Assembly: GCA_963720545.1 (NCBI GenBank)
Contig: OY970399.1
Coordinates: 1 to 64,000, forward strand
DNA length: 64,000 nucleotides
From: an uncultured Acidobacteriota bacterium
Lineage (GTDB): Bacteria; Acidobacteriota; Vicinamibacteria; Fen-336
Direction of reading: 5' to 3'
Shown here: in pieces, positions 9,604-17,913 of the stretch
How the letters are laid out: each line of letters starts with the position of its first letter
Position numbering within the stretch: position 1 is the first letter of the stretch
Position numbers and translations under genes: made by a program
Notes under the pieces: generated by a model
Told to the model about the DNA's origin: nothing
Databases searched by the model: none
Seen by the model: only the letters and a program-made list of their open reading frames with translations

Positions 9604-9624
9604 CTCGCCGCGCAACGTCGACGC

Positions 9625-10095
9625 TCAGTCGGAGCGAAGGTCGATGCGCATCTCGTTGGTCGGGGCGAAGCCGAGGCTCTCGTAGAGGGTGCGGCCGCTG
9701 TCGCTCGCGTGCAGGCTGAGCGACGACATGCCCTGGGCGCGACACCACGCAAGCATCACTGCCATGAGGCGCCTGGCGAGCCCGCGCTGGCGGTGCTCGG
9801 GGTCGGTGAACATGTTGACGACCCAGGCGCGCCTTGGGTTCGGGTCGTTGGGATGCGGCTGGAACTCGAGAAAGATGATGCCGCCGCCGGCCACGACCTG
9901 GCCGTCGGCTTCCACGAGCCAACCGCGGTAACTGCCGTCCCCGAGGCCGCGCCGCAGCATTTCCGTGGAGCTCGCGATCATCGTGTCGAGTGCCGGCGGA
10001 TGAGTGAATCCCATGTCCTCGAACATGCGCCGCCGGTGCCGCAGCACAACCTCCAGGTCGGCGCTCGTCGCGACGCGGATGTCGTAGCCGGCCAT
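9625..10095 (-). CDS. GNAT family N-acetyltransferase
   Basis: NMFTDPEHRQRGLARRL motif A; LHAS..GRTLYESLGF. Confidence 0.9.
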   Translation of the reverse strand: MAGYDIRVATSADLEVVLRHRRRMFEDMGFTHPPALDTMIASSTEMLRRGLGDGSYRGWLVEADGQVVAGGGIIFLEFQPHPNDPNPRRAWVVNMFTDPEHRQRGLARRLMAVMLAWCRAQGMSSLSLHASDSGRTLYESLGFAPTNEMRIDLRSD

Positions 10096-10859
10096 CAGCG
10101 CTGGTCCGGCGCGCTGCCGACGTCGACCTCGGTATAGACCGGATCATCGTCTAGGCGCTGCTCCCTCAGGAACTGCCATGCGGGCCCGATGACTTCAAAG
10201 GGACGGTTGAAGTTGTGGAGGCGTCCGGGCAGCAACTTCAGCACCAGCGGAAAGCCGCGCCGCTCCAGCGTCTTCTTCGTGTCGTTCACGACCCGGAGCG
10301 GAAAGAAGGCGTCGTCGGTGCCGATGGTGATGAAGATCGGTATCTTGCGTTCGGCGTCGGCAAGGAAGCTGAGGTCGGCTTCGCCGTTGTAGGCACCCGC
10401 GTGCACGGCGACAGCGGCGAAGTACTCCGATTCGAGAGGGCCCATGTAGAGGGCGAACACCGCGCCCGCCGAGTAACCGAACAGGTAGACGCGACGCTTG
10501 TCGATGCCGAGGTCGTCGAGGTCCTGGACGATGTCCCGGAGCAGGTTGGGGCCGTCCACTGGCGGCTGCCAGAACCGTGGTTTCAGGGAATCCGGCGCGG
10601 CAACGACGAAGTTTTCACGCTCGGCGGTGTCGATCCAGAGTGGAACGATGTCCTTGCCGCGGCTGCCGGACCCGTGGAGAGCGATGAGCAGGGGACGCTT
10701 GTCGGCAGGTCCGGGCGGGACGTAAAGCGAGTAAGTGCGCTCCTTGCCGTCCGATTGAAGCTTGCGCTCCCGGATGCGCTTGTCCTCGGCCGCCGCCGAG
10801 CCCGGCAGGCAGATGGTCGCAACCAGGACCAGGCAGGCCGCGAAACCCCGTGTGATCAG
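10095..10859 (-). CDS. Secreted esterase (PHB depolymerase/phospholipase-like), probable CTG start
   Basis: Signal peptide, ALHGSG, GYSAGA nucleophile, GTDD, GRLHNF; GGGAG SD upstream of a CTG that overlaps the upstream TGA. Confidence 0.8.
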   Translation of the reverse strand: MITRGFAACLVLVATICLPGSAAAEDKRIRERKLQSDGKERTYSLYVPPGPADKRPLLIALHGSGSRGKDIVPLWIDTAERENFVVAAPDSLKPRFWQPPVDGPNLLRDIVQDLDDLGIDKRRVYLFGYSAGAVFALYMGPLESEYFAAVAVHAGAYNGEADLSFLADAERKIPIFITIGTDDAFFPLRVVNDTKKTLERRGFPLVLKLLPGRLHNFNRPFEVIGPAWQFLREQRLDDDPVYTEVDVGSAPDQR

Positions 10860-11473
10860 GACCGGCTCCCGCGGTGTAGCGCGATCATCGCGGCAAGGGC
10901 GGCGTTCTTCTGGTCCTTGCCCCAGGGCGGCCCGGCCGCCTTGCCCAGCGCCGCGAGTGCAGAGCGCCAGTCGCGGCCGGTCTTCGTCTGCATGCGCGCG
11001 GCCTCCTCCAGCAACTGCTTCTCCGGCACCGCGGCGACCCGCAGGCCGCACTCGCCGGCAGCGTGTGCCAGCGTATCCCTGAAGAGGACGCCTTCCGCCT
11101 TGTGCATCCTGAAGTGCACGGCCAGGATTTCGTCGGTGCTCCACGCGGGCATCGGCGAGCCGACCAGGACGCCGCACGCGACCACGTCATGTCCGGCGCG
11201 GCGCATGTCATCGACCGCCACACGCATTTCCCGAATCGACACTCGCTGCGCCGCCGCGATACCACGACTGACGAGGGCCCGGGCTGCGCGCGCTTCGAGC
11301 TCTTCGGCTGCGTGATAGGGCTGTTTCGCCCACGACGCGTCTTTGGCATCGACGAGCTCGAGCCGGCGCCGGTCGACGACCTGCAGCGCGCCGCCAAGCT
11401 CGCCGAGCGCGACGAGGGCCGCCCAGCCTGAGTGCGCCGAGAGTCCGAACGCGATTCGCGCCGCGGCCACCAT
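10856..11473 (-). CDS. Conserved hypothetical protein, possible RNase H-like fold
   Basis: GLSAHSGWAALV beta start, QPYHAAE, GPPWGKDQK; coupled to the esterase gene. Confidence 0.7.
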   Translation of the reverse strand: MVAAARIAFGLSAHSGWAALVALGELGGALQVVDRRRLELVDAKDASWAKQPYHAAEELEARAARALVSRGIAAAQRVSIREMRVAVDDMRRAGHDVVACGVLVGSPMPAWSTDEILAVHFRMHKAEGVLFRDTLAHAAGECGLRVAAVPEKQLLEEAARMQTKTGRDWRSALAALGKAAGPPWGKDQKNAALAAMIALHRGSRS

Positions 11474-11541
11474 TTGGCCGAGATTGTAGCGCCCCGGTCG
11501 GGTCTAAGATCGAAGGGCGTATTACAGGAGACTGACGAGAA

Positions 11542-11772
11542 GTGATGAGAAAAAACGACCCGGCGCGACCGTTCGTCACCGGCGACATCGTGCGCCTGAA
11601 GTCCGGCGGGCCGCTGATGACCGTCGAGCGCTTCCTCGATTTCGTGGACCCGATCCAGGTGGAATGCCAGTGGTTCGCGAGCAAGAAGCTACAGAACGGC
11701 CGTTTTCCTCCGGCCGCCCTCGACCGCGTCGAGCAGGAAGCACGCGCGCACCGAAGATCCAAGCGGTCCTGA
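11542..11772 (+). CDS. YodC/DUF2158 family small protein
   Basis: GDIVRLKSGGPLMTV...VECQWF...FPPAAL. Confidence 0.85.
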   Translation: MMRKNDPARPFVTGDIVRLKSGGPLMTVERFLDFVDPIQVECQWFASKKLQNGRFPPAALDRVEQEARAHRRSKRS

Positions 11773-11835
11773 TCGTCCAAGCGCCCAAGCCAACCGATCG
11801 CTAGAGTCCGTTTCAGGCGTTAACGTCGCGCTCAC

Positions 11836-12363
11836 ATGGCGGTTGAGGTAGCGACGATCGGTCCGGCCCGCACTGAGGCGCAGTACCAGCAGGTCCGCGC
11901 GCTGATGGCCGAGCTCTTCGCCTGGGACAGATCGGTGATGGATGAGATGGGCATGGACAGCCAGGCGCTTCTCGACTTCTATTACAGCGGCGGGGAAGAG
12001 GCGTACCCCGGCGTCTACGCGCCGCCCGAAGGTTGCCTGCTGGTGGCCGAGCATCTTGGCAAGATCGTGGGCTGCGTCGCGTTCCACCAGATGAGCGCCG
12101 ACTCGTGCGAGATGAAGCGCCTCTACGTGACGCCGGAAGCGCGCGGCTTGCGCCTCGGCCAAAAGCTGATAGCGGTGCTTCTCGAGAAGGCTCGTGAAGC
12201 GGGTTATCGCCGCATGCTGCTCGAGACCACAACGTTCATGACGAAGGCGCAGGAGCTCTACGCGTCGTTCGGGTTTCGCCGCTGCGAACCGTACTACGCC
12301 ATTCCCGCGGCCTTCACACAGCTTTCGGTGTTCATGGAACTCTCCCTCGGGCCAGCCAGTTGA
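11836..12363 (+). CDS. GNAT family N-acetyltransferase
   Basis: PGVYAPPEGCLLVA, CEMKRLYVTPEARGLRLG, AQELYASFGF. Confidence 0.9.
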   Translation: MAVEVATIGPARTEAQYQQVRALMAELFAWDRSVMDEMGMDSQALLDFYYSGGEEAYPGVYAPPEGCLLVAEHLGKIVGCVAFHQMSADSCEMKRLYVTPEARGLRLGQKLIAVLLEKAREAGYRRMLLETTTFMTKAQELYASFGFRRCEPYYAIPAAFTQLSVFMELSLGPAS

Positions 12364-13745
12364 AGCCGACGCTGGCACGCGGACTGACCCTCGTGCCGGC
12401 GGCGGCCGTCATCATCAGCAACGTCATCGGCACCGGTGTGTTCGTCAAGGCGCGGGTCATGACGTGCAACGTGGGCACGCCGTGGATGGTGCTGCTTGCT
12501 TATGCGCTCGCCGGGCTGCTGACACTCGCGGGAGCGCTGACGTTCGCCGAGATGAGCGCGATGATGCCGCGCTCCGGAGGCCACTACAACTTCATCGGCG
12601 CCGCTTTCGGAAGGGTGTGGGCTTTCCTCTACGGCTGGATGGAATTCCTCATCGATGGTGCCGCGGCCAACGCCGCCATCGCGATCGTGTTCGTGATCTT
12701 CTTCAACGATCTCCTCGGTGGCCGGCTCACGCCGGCCCAGTCGCAGTTGCTGACGCTTGCCACTCTGGTCGCGGTGACTGCCGTGACGCTCGCCTCCGCA
12801 CACGCGAACGGCATCTTCGCCAGCGTGGTGACGGCGCTGAAGGTGCTGCTTCTCGTTGGCATCGGCGCCGCGGCGTTCCTGTATGGCGACGGGACCTGGA
12901 GCCACCTGGGCGCGAGCGGCGCGGCTGGCAGCTGCGAGGGTGTGGCCAGCAACGCGCGCCTGGGCGTCGCCGGATTCGGTGCTGCCGTAGTCGGCGCGCT
13001 GTGGAGCTACAACGGATGGGCGGTCGTGTGTTTCGTCGCGGAGGAGGTGCGCGATCCGTCGCGGACCCTGCCGCGCGCACTGATTGGCGCCAGCATCCTC
13101 ATCATCGCCTTGTACCTGTTCATCAACGTCGGCTACTTCCATGTCCTCAGCCCGGAAGCGATCGCGAGCGTGCCTGAATCGAGCTCGGTGGCGGGGGAGG
13201 TGCTGGCGCGGTTGATGGGCGCCGCGGCCAGCTCAGTGATGGCGGCGGGCCTGATGCTGTGCTCGTTTGGCGCGCTCCATTCCGTCAGCCTGACGGGGTC
13301 GCGTCTGCCGTTCGCCATGGCTCGCGACGGCCTGCTGCCGCCCGGCCTCGCCGTCATTTCCAAGAGCAGCCGCGTCCCGAAGAACTCGATCCTGCTGATC
13401 GGCGCGTGTGCCATCGGCTTCGCGTTCTCCGGCACGTTCGACGTGATCACCGACATGATCGTGTTCTGCCTGCTGCTGTTCAACGGCCTCGGCGTGGCGT
13501 CCGTCTACGTCCTGCGCCGCAAGCTGCCCAACGCCGAACGCCCGTACCGAACCTGGGGTTATCCGGTGGTGCCCGCCTTGTTCCTGGTCGCGACGGCCTA
13601 CCTCATGGCGAACACGCTCATGACAACTCCGGGCCGCGCCCTCGCCGGCGTCGGCATCGTGGCGCTGGGCCTGCCGATCTACGCCTGGTACTCCCGCAAC
13701 CTGCCGCCAGCCAAACCCGAAGACTGGTTAGCCGCCAAACAGTAG
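12360..13745 (+). CDS. APC-family (LAT-like) amino acid permease
   Basis: NVIGTGVF, AEMSAMMPRSGG.Y, LWSYNGW, EEVRDPSRTLP, RPYRTWGYP. Confidence 0.9.
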   Translation: MKPTLARGLTLVPAAAVIISNVIGTGVFVKARVMTCNVGTPWMVLLAYALAGLLTLAGALTFAEMSAMMPRSGGHYNFIGAAFGRVWAFLYGWMEFLIDGAAANAAIAIVFVIFFNDLLGGRLTPAQSQLLTLATLVAVTAVTLASAHANGIFASVVTALKVLLLVGIGAAAFLYGDGTWSHLGASGAAGSCEGVASNARLGVAGFGAAVVGALWSYNGWAVVCFVAEEVRDPSRTLPRALIGASILIIALYLFINVGYFHVLSPEAIASVPESSSVAGEVLARLMGAAASSVMAAGLMLCSFGALHSVSLTGSRLPFAMARDGLLPPGLAVISKSSRVPKNSILLIGACAIGFAFSGTFDVITDMIVFCLLLFNGLGVASVYVLRRKLPNAERPYRTWGYPVVPALFLVATAYLMANTLMTTPGRALAGVGIVALGLPIYAWYSRNLPPAKPEDWLAAKQ

Positions 13746-13755
13746 CTGTCCCCGC

Positions 13756-13841
13756 GCTCAAGGCTTGCGCTGGCTCGTGGTCCCGAGGAGCTCAACGCTT
13801 GCGCGAGTCTGGCGTTTTCCCGAGGAGCTCAACGCTTGCGC
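13756..13841. repeat. Short direct repeats: two identical 24-mers and one partial copy
   Basis: TCCCGAGGAGCTCAACGCTTGCGC at 13781-13804 and 13818-13841; partial GCTCAAGGCTTGCGC at 13756-13770. Confidence 0.85.
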
Positions 13842-13859
13842 CGCGACCGAGGGATCTCC

Positions 13860-13879
13860 AACTCGTTCCGGAACGAGTT
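13860..13879. promoter_or_regulatory. Perfect 20-bp palindrome, candidate operator
   Basis: AACTCGTTCCGGAACGAGTT is its own reverse complement; ends 50 bp before the TIR gene start. Confidence 0.55.
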
Positions 13880-13929
13880 TCCACAGCTTTTCCTCAGGCG
13901 CCCGGGGCGTACGGTAGGATCGCAACTCG

Positions 13930-14859
13930 ATGGGCAAGCCGCGCATCTTCCTTGGATCGTCGGGAAAACAGGCGAAGTTGCTGAACGCGCTGACGCGGGG
14001 TCTCGAAGACATCGCCCAAGTCGATCCGTGGACGACGTCGTTCCATCCGGGGACGAGCACGCTGGAGCGCCTGGTCGAACTGACGCGCGAGGTCGACTTC
14101 GCCGCGTTCGTGTTCGCGAGCGACGACTGGACATCGACCGGGACGGCCGAGGCGCCGGCGGAAGCAGGACAGGCGTCGCCGCGCGACAACGTGGTGTTCG
14201 AGGCGGGCCTCTTTGGCGGTGTCCTCGGCATGCGGCGTACTTTTATCCTGCACGCGAATGGCGCCAAGCTGCCCAGCGATCTTCTTGGCCTCACCTGCGT
14301 TCGCTACAACGACACGACGGCCGCCGAAGTCAGAGCCCTCAACCAGAAGCTGCGGGACGCGATCGAGAACGAATGCCGCGCCACGAGCATCGAGGGCCTA
14401 TGGTGGCAGTACTCGCTGTCGCAGCGCGGTCCGAACGAGCCGTCCGCCGTCAGCCTGCTGCGCATCTCGCGCGACAAGACCGGAGCGCTGGAGGTGAATG
14501 GCCGTTCCTGGCAGGAAGACGGCAGGCTCTCCGCGAGATATTGGAGTGAGGCGTCGAGAGAACGGAAGGAGCCGGCGGGCATCTTCTATTATTGGCACGG
14601 GGAACGTCCGCTCGACGAGGACGCGCCGCAACTCGAAGGTACCGGAGAGATCCGGCTCGAGTCGGCCGACCGCGGCACCGGCTTTTGGACAACCCGCGCC
14701 GACAAACAGCCGACGTTGAACGCGCGGACGTCTGGTATCTACGTGCGCGCCGATCCGGCGGACCTCGGCATTCTCGATGGTAGCGACGATCGACAGCGCG
14801 CGCAGCTACTTGCGGACCGCCTGAAGCAGTGGAAGTCGATCACGAATCCAGGCTCGTAG
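13930..14859 (+). CDS. TIR-like (Cap12/PycTIR-type) domain fused to a C-terminal beta-barrel (Cap15-like)
   Basis: RIFLGSS, VDFAAFVFASDD, PRDNVVFEAGLF with catalytic Glu, KLPSDLLGL; beta-rich C-terminus IEGLWWQY...IFYYWHGE.P...EGTGEI...GTGFWTT. Confidence 0.85.
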   Translation: MGKPRIFLGSSGKQAKLLNALTRGLEDIAQVDPWTTSFHPGTSTLERLVELTREVDFAAFVFASDDWTSTGTAEAPAEAGQASPRDNVVFEAGLFGGVLGMRRTFILHANGAKLPSDLLGLTCVRYNDTTAAEVRALNQKLRDAIENECRATSIEGLWWQYSLSQRGPNEPSAVSLLRISRDKTGALEVNGRSWQEDGRLSARYWSEASRERKEPAGIFYYWHGERPLDEDAPQLEGTGEIRLESADRGTGFWTTRADKQPTLNARTSGIYVRADPADLGILDGSDDRQRAQLLADRLKQWKSITNPGS

Positions 14860-14872
14860 GACAAGGGAGTGA

Positions 14873-16012
14873 ATGATGGCGGAAGCAACGAGCATGGGTG
14901 GTAATCCCATCAAAGTGGGAGTCATTGCGGAGCAGACCGGTCCGCTCTCGTTCGTCGGCCTGGCCAACGCCAACGTTGCGCGGATGGTCATCGACGACAT
15001 CAACGCCAAGGGCGGGCTGCTGGGACGGCAGCTGAAGCTGTACCTCGAGGACGGCGCCACCGACGACGCTGCAGCGGCGGCTGCGGCGACCAAGCTGGTC
15101 CAGCAGGACCGAGTCGACGTCATCTTCGGCGGCATCTACAGTTCCACGCGCCAGGCCATCAAGGAGCCAGCGGTGGCGAAGGGCCGGACGCTTTACATCT
15201 ACCCGGAGCAGTACGAAGGCCAGGAAGCGGATCCGCTCATCTTCTGCACCGGTCCGGTACCGGCACAGCAGCTCGATCCGTTCATCCCGTGGTTGATGCA
15301 GACGACCGGCGCGAAGCGCTTCTACCTGCCGTCGGCCGATTACATCTGGCCGCACGTCATGAACCAAAGGGTCCGCGAACTCGTCACGGTAGCCGGAGGC
15401 GCCGTCGTCGGCGAGGAGTACCACCCGATGGACCACATGGACTACGCCGCCACCGTCGAACGCATCGTGGCAAGCGGCGCCGACGTGGTTTTCAACACCA
15501 TCGTGCCGCCCGGCGTCGGGCCGTTCTTCGAGGCGCTGCACAACGCGGGCTTCCAGGCGCGCGGCGGGCAACTGGTGTGCACTTACTTCGACGAGAACTT
15601 CCTGAACATGGTGCCAGCCACCCATGTGGAGGGCCTCTACGGCTGCCTCGATTACTACCAGGCGATCAGCGATCCCTTCAGCCAGAAGCTCCTCGCGCAA
15701 TACGACTCGCTCTATTCCGGACACGCCAAGTTCACTGGCGGCGGCGCCTGCTCCGGCCTTTACCGTGGCCTGCGATTGTGGGCGGCGGCGGTGACCGAGG
15801 CAGGCTCGACGACGCAGGCCGATGTCGTGAAGGCGCTCGACCACGCTCGCATCGGCGAGGGCCCCGGCGGACCAGCCGAGATGGTGCCGGGCGAGCACCA
15901 TGTGCGCATGCACATGTACATCGCGCAGGCGCGCAACGGCCGCTTCGAGGTGGTCAAGAGCCTTGGCGCGATCGACCCCAAGGAACAGCAAGTCGCGCCA
16001 ACGTCGCGATAG
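14873..16012 (+). CDS. AmiC/UrtA-family ligand-binding protein lacking a signal peptide
   Basis: PIKVGVI, INAKGGLLGRQL, GGIYSSTRQA, YPEQYEGQE, SADYIWP, ADVVFNTIV; no h-region, lipobox or Tat motif. Confidence 0.88.
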   Translation: MMAEATSMGGNPIKVGVIAEQTGPLSFVGLANANVARMVIDDINAKGGLLGRQLKLYLEDGATDDAAAAAAATKLVQQDRVDVIFGGIYSSTRQAIKEPAVAKGRTLYIYPEQYEGQEADPLIFCTGPVPAQQLDPFIPWLMQTTGAKRFYLPSADYIWPHVMNQRVRELVTVAGGAVVGEEYHPMDHMDYAATVERIVASGADVVFNTIVPPGVGPFFEALHNAGFQARGGQLVCTYFDENFLNMVPATHVEGLYGCLDYYQAISDPFSQKLLAQYDSLYSGHAKFTGGGACSGLYRGLRLWAAAVTEAGSTTQADVVKALDHARIGEGPGGPAEMVPGEHHVRMHMYIAQARNGRFEVVKSLGAIDPKEQQVAPTSR

Positions 16013-16040
16013 AGCTCTAGCTGCGACGACTCGCCGGTAC

Positions 16041-17132
16041 GTGACGAAGAAAGCTCCGAGTCTCCAGCAGCTTGCCCGCTACGCGATCGCGCGTAGCCTT
16101 TTCGCTCCGACCAGCCTGCCGCGAGCGATCACGCGCCTGGGCTTTCTCCAGGCGGACCCGATGCGGGCGCCCGCTCGCGCCCAGGACCTGATCCTCGCGC
16201 ACCGCGTCAAGGGCTATCGCGCCGGCGATCTCGAACGCCGCTACCCGCGGCTCGCGATAGAAGAGGCGTACTTCGTCAACTACGGCTTCCTCCCGCGCGA
16301 GACCATGGCGCTCCTGTATCCACGCGACACTCGGCCGAGCTGGAACGCCAGGATGCGTGCGCGCGCCGACGAGGTGCTCGCGTTCGTGCGCGAGCGCGGC
16401 GCCACTCATCCCAGGGACGTGCACGCTCGGTTTGACCATGGCCGCATCGAGCGGTGGGGTGGCAACCTAAAAGTCGGCACGCACCTGCTGGAAGGACTTC
16501 ATCATCACGGGCTGCTGCGCGTGGCACGGCGCGACGCCGGTATCCGGATCTACGAAGCGATCGAACACGCGCCGCAGGACAACAGTCCCGACGCCCGGCT
16601 TGCGCGCGCCGGTCGATTGGTGGACGCGGTGGTTCAGCTCTACGCTCCGCTGCCAGCGCGGAGCCTTGGCTATCTCTGCTACCTGCTGAGCTACGGCGCC
16701 CCGCATCTCGCCGCCGAGATCCGACAGGTTCAGGCGCAAGCCAAATCCCGCTACGGTCATGCTCAGGTGGATGGAATCCTTTGGTTCTGGCCGCAAGGCG
16801 AGAATCCCACCGCTCGCCGGCATCAGGTAGACGACCGCCTCCGGTTCCTCGCACCCTTTGACCCAGTCGTCTGGGACCGGCGACGTTTCCAGTTGTTCTG
16901 GGGCTGGGAATACAAGCTCGAGGCCTACGTGCCGGCCAGCAAGCGCCGCATGGGTCACTACGCGTTGCCAATGCTGTGGCGCGACCACGTTTTGGGCTGG
17001 GCCAACCTCAAGGTCGTCGCTGGTCGGTTGCAGCACGAGTTGGGTTTCGTCGGCGTGCAGCCGCGCGGCAAGGACTTTCGTTTGGCGCTCGACGAGGCAT
17101 TGCACCACATGCACGAGTTTCTGGCGCTGTAG
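16041..17132 (+). CDS. YcaQ/AlkZ-like winged-helix DNA glycosylase (crosslink repair)
   Basis: LGFLQADPM...RAQDLIL..RV.GY, FLAPFDPVVWDRRR...WGWEYKLEAYVP..KR..G.YALP.LW. Confidence 0.85.
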   Translation: MTKKAPSLQQLARYAIARSLFAPTSLPRAITRLGFLQADPMRAPARAQDLILAHRVKGYRAGDLERRYPRLAIEEAYFVNYGFLPRETMALLYPRDTRPSWNARMRARADEVLAFVRERGATHPRDVHARFDHGRIERWGGNLKVGTHLLEGLHHHGLLRVARRDAGIRIYEAIEHAPQDNSPDARLARAGRLVDAVVQLYAPLPARSLGYLCYLLSYGAPHLAAEIRQVQAQAKSRYGHAQVDGILWFWPQGENPTARRHQVDDRLRFLAPFDPVVWDRRRFQLFWGWEYKLEAYVPASKRRMGHYALPMLWRDHVLGWANLKVVAGRLQHELGFVGVQPRGKDFRLALDEALHHMHEFLAL

Positions 17133-17223
17133 CGGCCCGACTGCCGATGATCGTCGGTTGAAAGCCCGAAGATCCCGCCATCCACTGAAGGCCTGCGCGT
17201 CATTGGCGGCCGGCGCTCGCGGC

Positions 17224-17691
17224 TCAGCGCGGCGTGTACGAGTGCAGGAAGAGAGCGATGCGGTCCCGCTGGTAGTGACCGTCAACGACGAACTCGTCCG
17301 AGTTCTTGACGCCCGCGAGTGAACCATCAGGATGCAACACCACCAGCATCGGAATGCCGGTGTCGTCGATGTCGCGCAGCCCGTATTCGGCCGCTAGATC
17401 GAGATTGCGGTCATAGTCGCCAACGCTGATGTTGAGCCGCAACAGAACGCTATCGGCGAGGGGCGCCAGTGTTTTGTCCGTTTCCAACAGGCGATCCAGG
17501 TCGCGACACCACGGGCACCAGTTGGCACCGAACATCAGGACGAGCGGCTTTTGCTCGACGCGGGCGCATTCCAGCATGCGGGTGATCTCGGCGCGTGCGT
17601 CGGCGACTTCGTCGTACGGCTGCCGCGCTTGCGTAACTGGTGACAACAACATGACCGCGCCAGCGGCGAGGCTGAACAGGGTGGCTCGCAT
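17224..17691 (-). CDS. Secreted thioredoxin-family protein
   Basis: Signal peptide; FGANWCPWC; GIPMLVVL. Confidence 0.85.
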   Translation of the reverse strand: MRATLFSLAAGAVMLLSPVTQARQPYDEVADARAEITRMLECARVEQKPLVLMFGANWCPWCRDLDRLLETDKTLAPLADSVLLRLNISVGDYDRNLDLAAEYGLRDIDDTGIPMLVVLHPDGSLAGVKNSDEFVVDGHYQRDRIALFLHSYTPR

Positions 17692-17913
17692 GCGAGTGGG
17701 ACGCTTTCGAGTCGCACAGAGTTGGGCTCTGGCCGGGTGCTCTTGAAATTCAAACTCGTTAGCCAGCGAAGGGATGGCGAATCCTTCGCTGCAGCGCAGG
17801 CGATGGAACGGCTCAGGAATACGGCAGAAAGACGGTGAACCGAGCGACACCGGGTGCTACGGTCGAAGGGAGAGCAACGACCATTGCCTGCTACCTGCAA
17901 CCGCGGATGGACA

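Noticed and set aside
13756..13860. CRISPR array
   Set aside because: Only two full repeats, a 13-bp spacer and no cas genes
13930..16012. Canonical CBASS, Pycsar or Thoeris system
   Set aside because: No cyclase, ThsA-like effector or ancillary genes in the window
14873..16012. Urea or branched-chain amino acid ABC importer
   Set aside because: No signal peptide and no adjacent permease or ATPase genes
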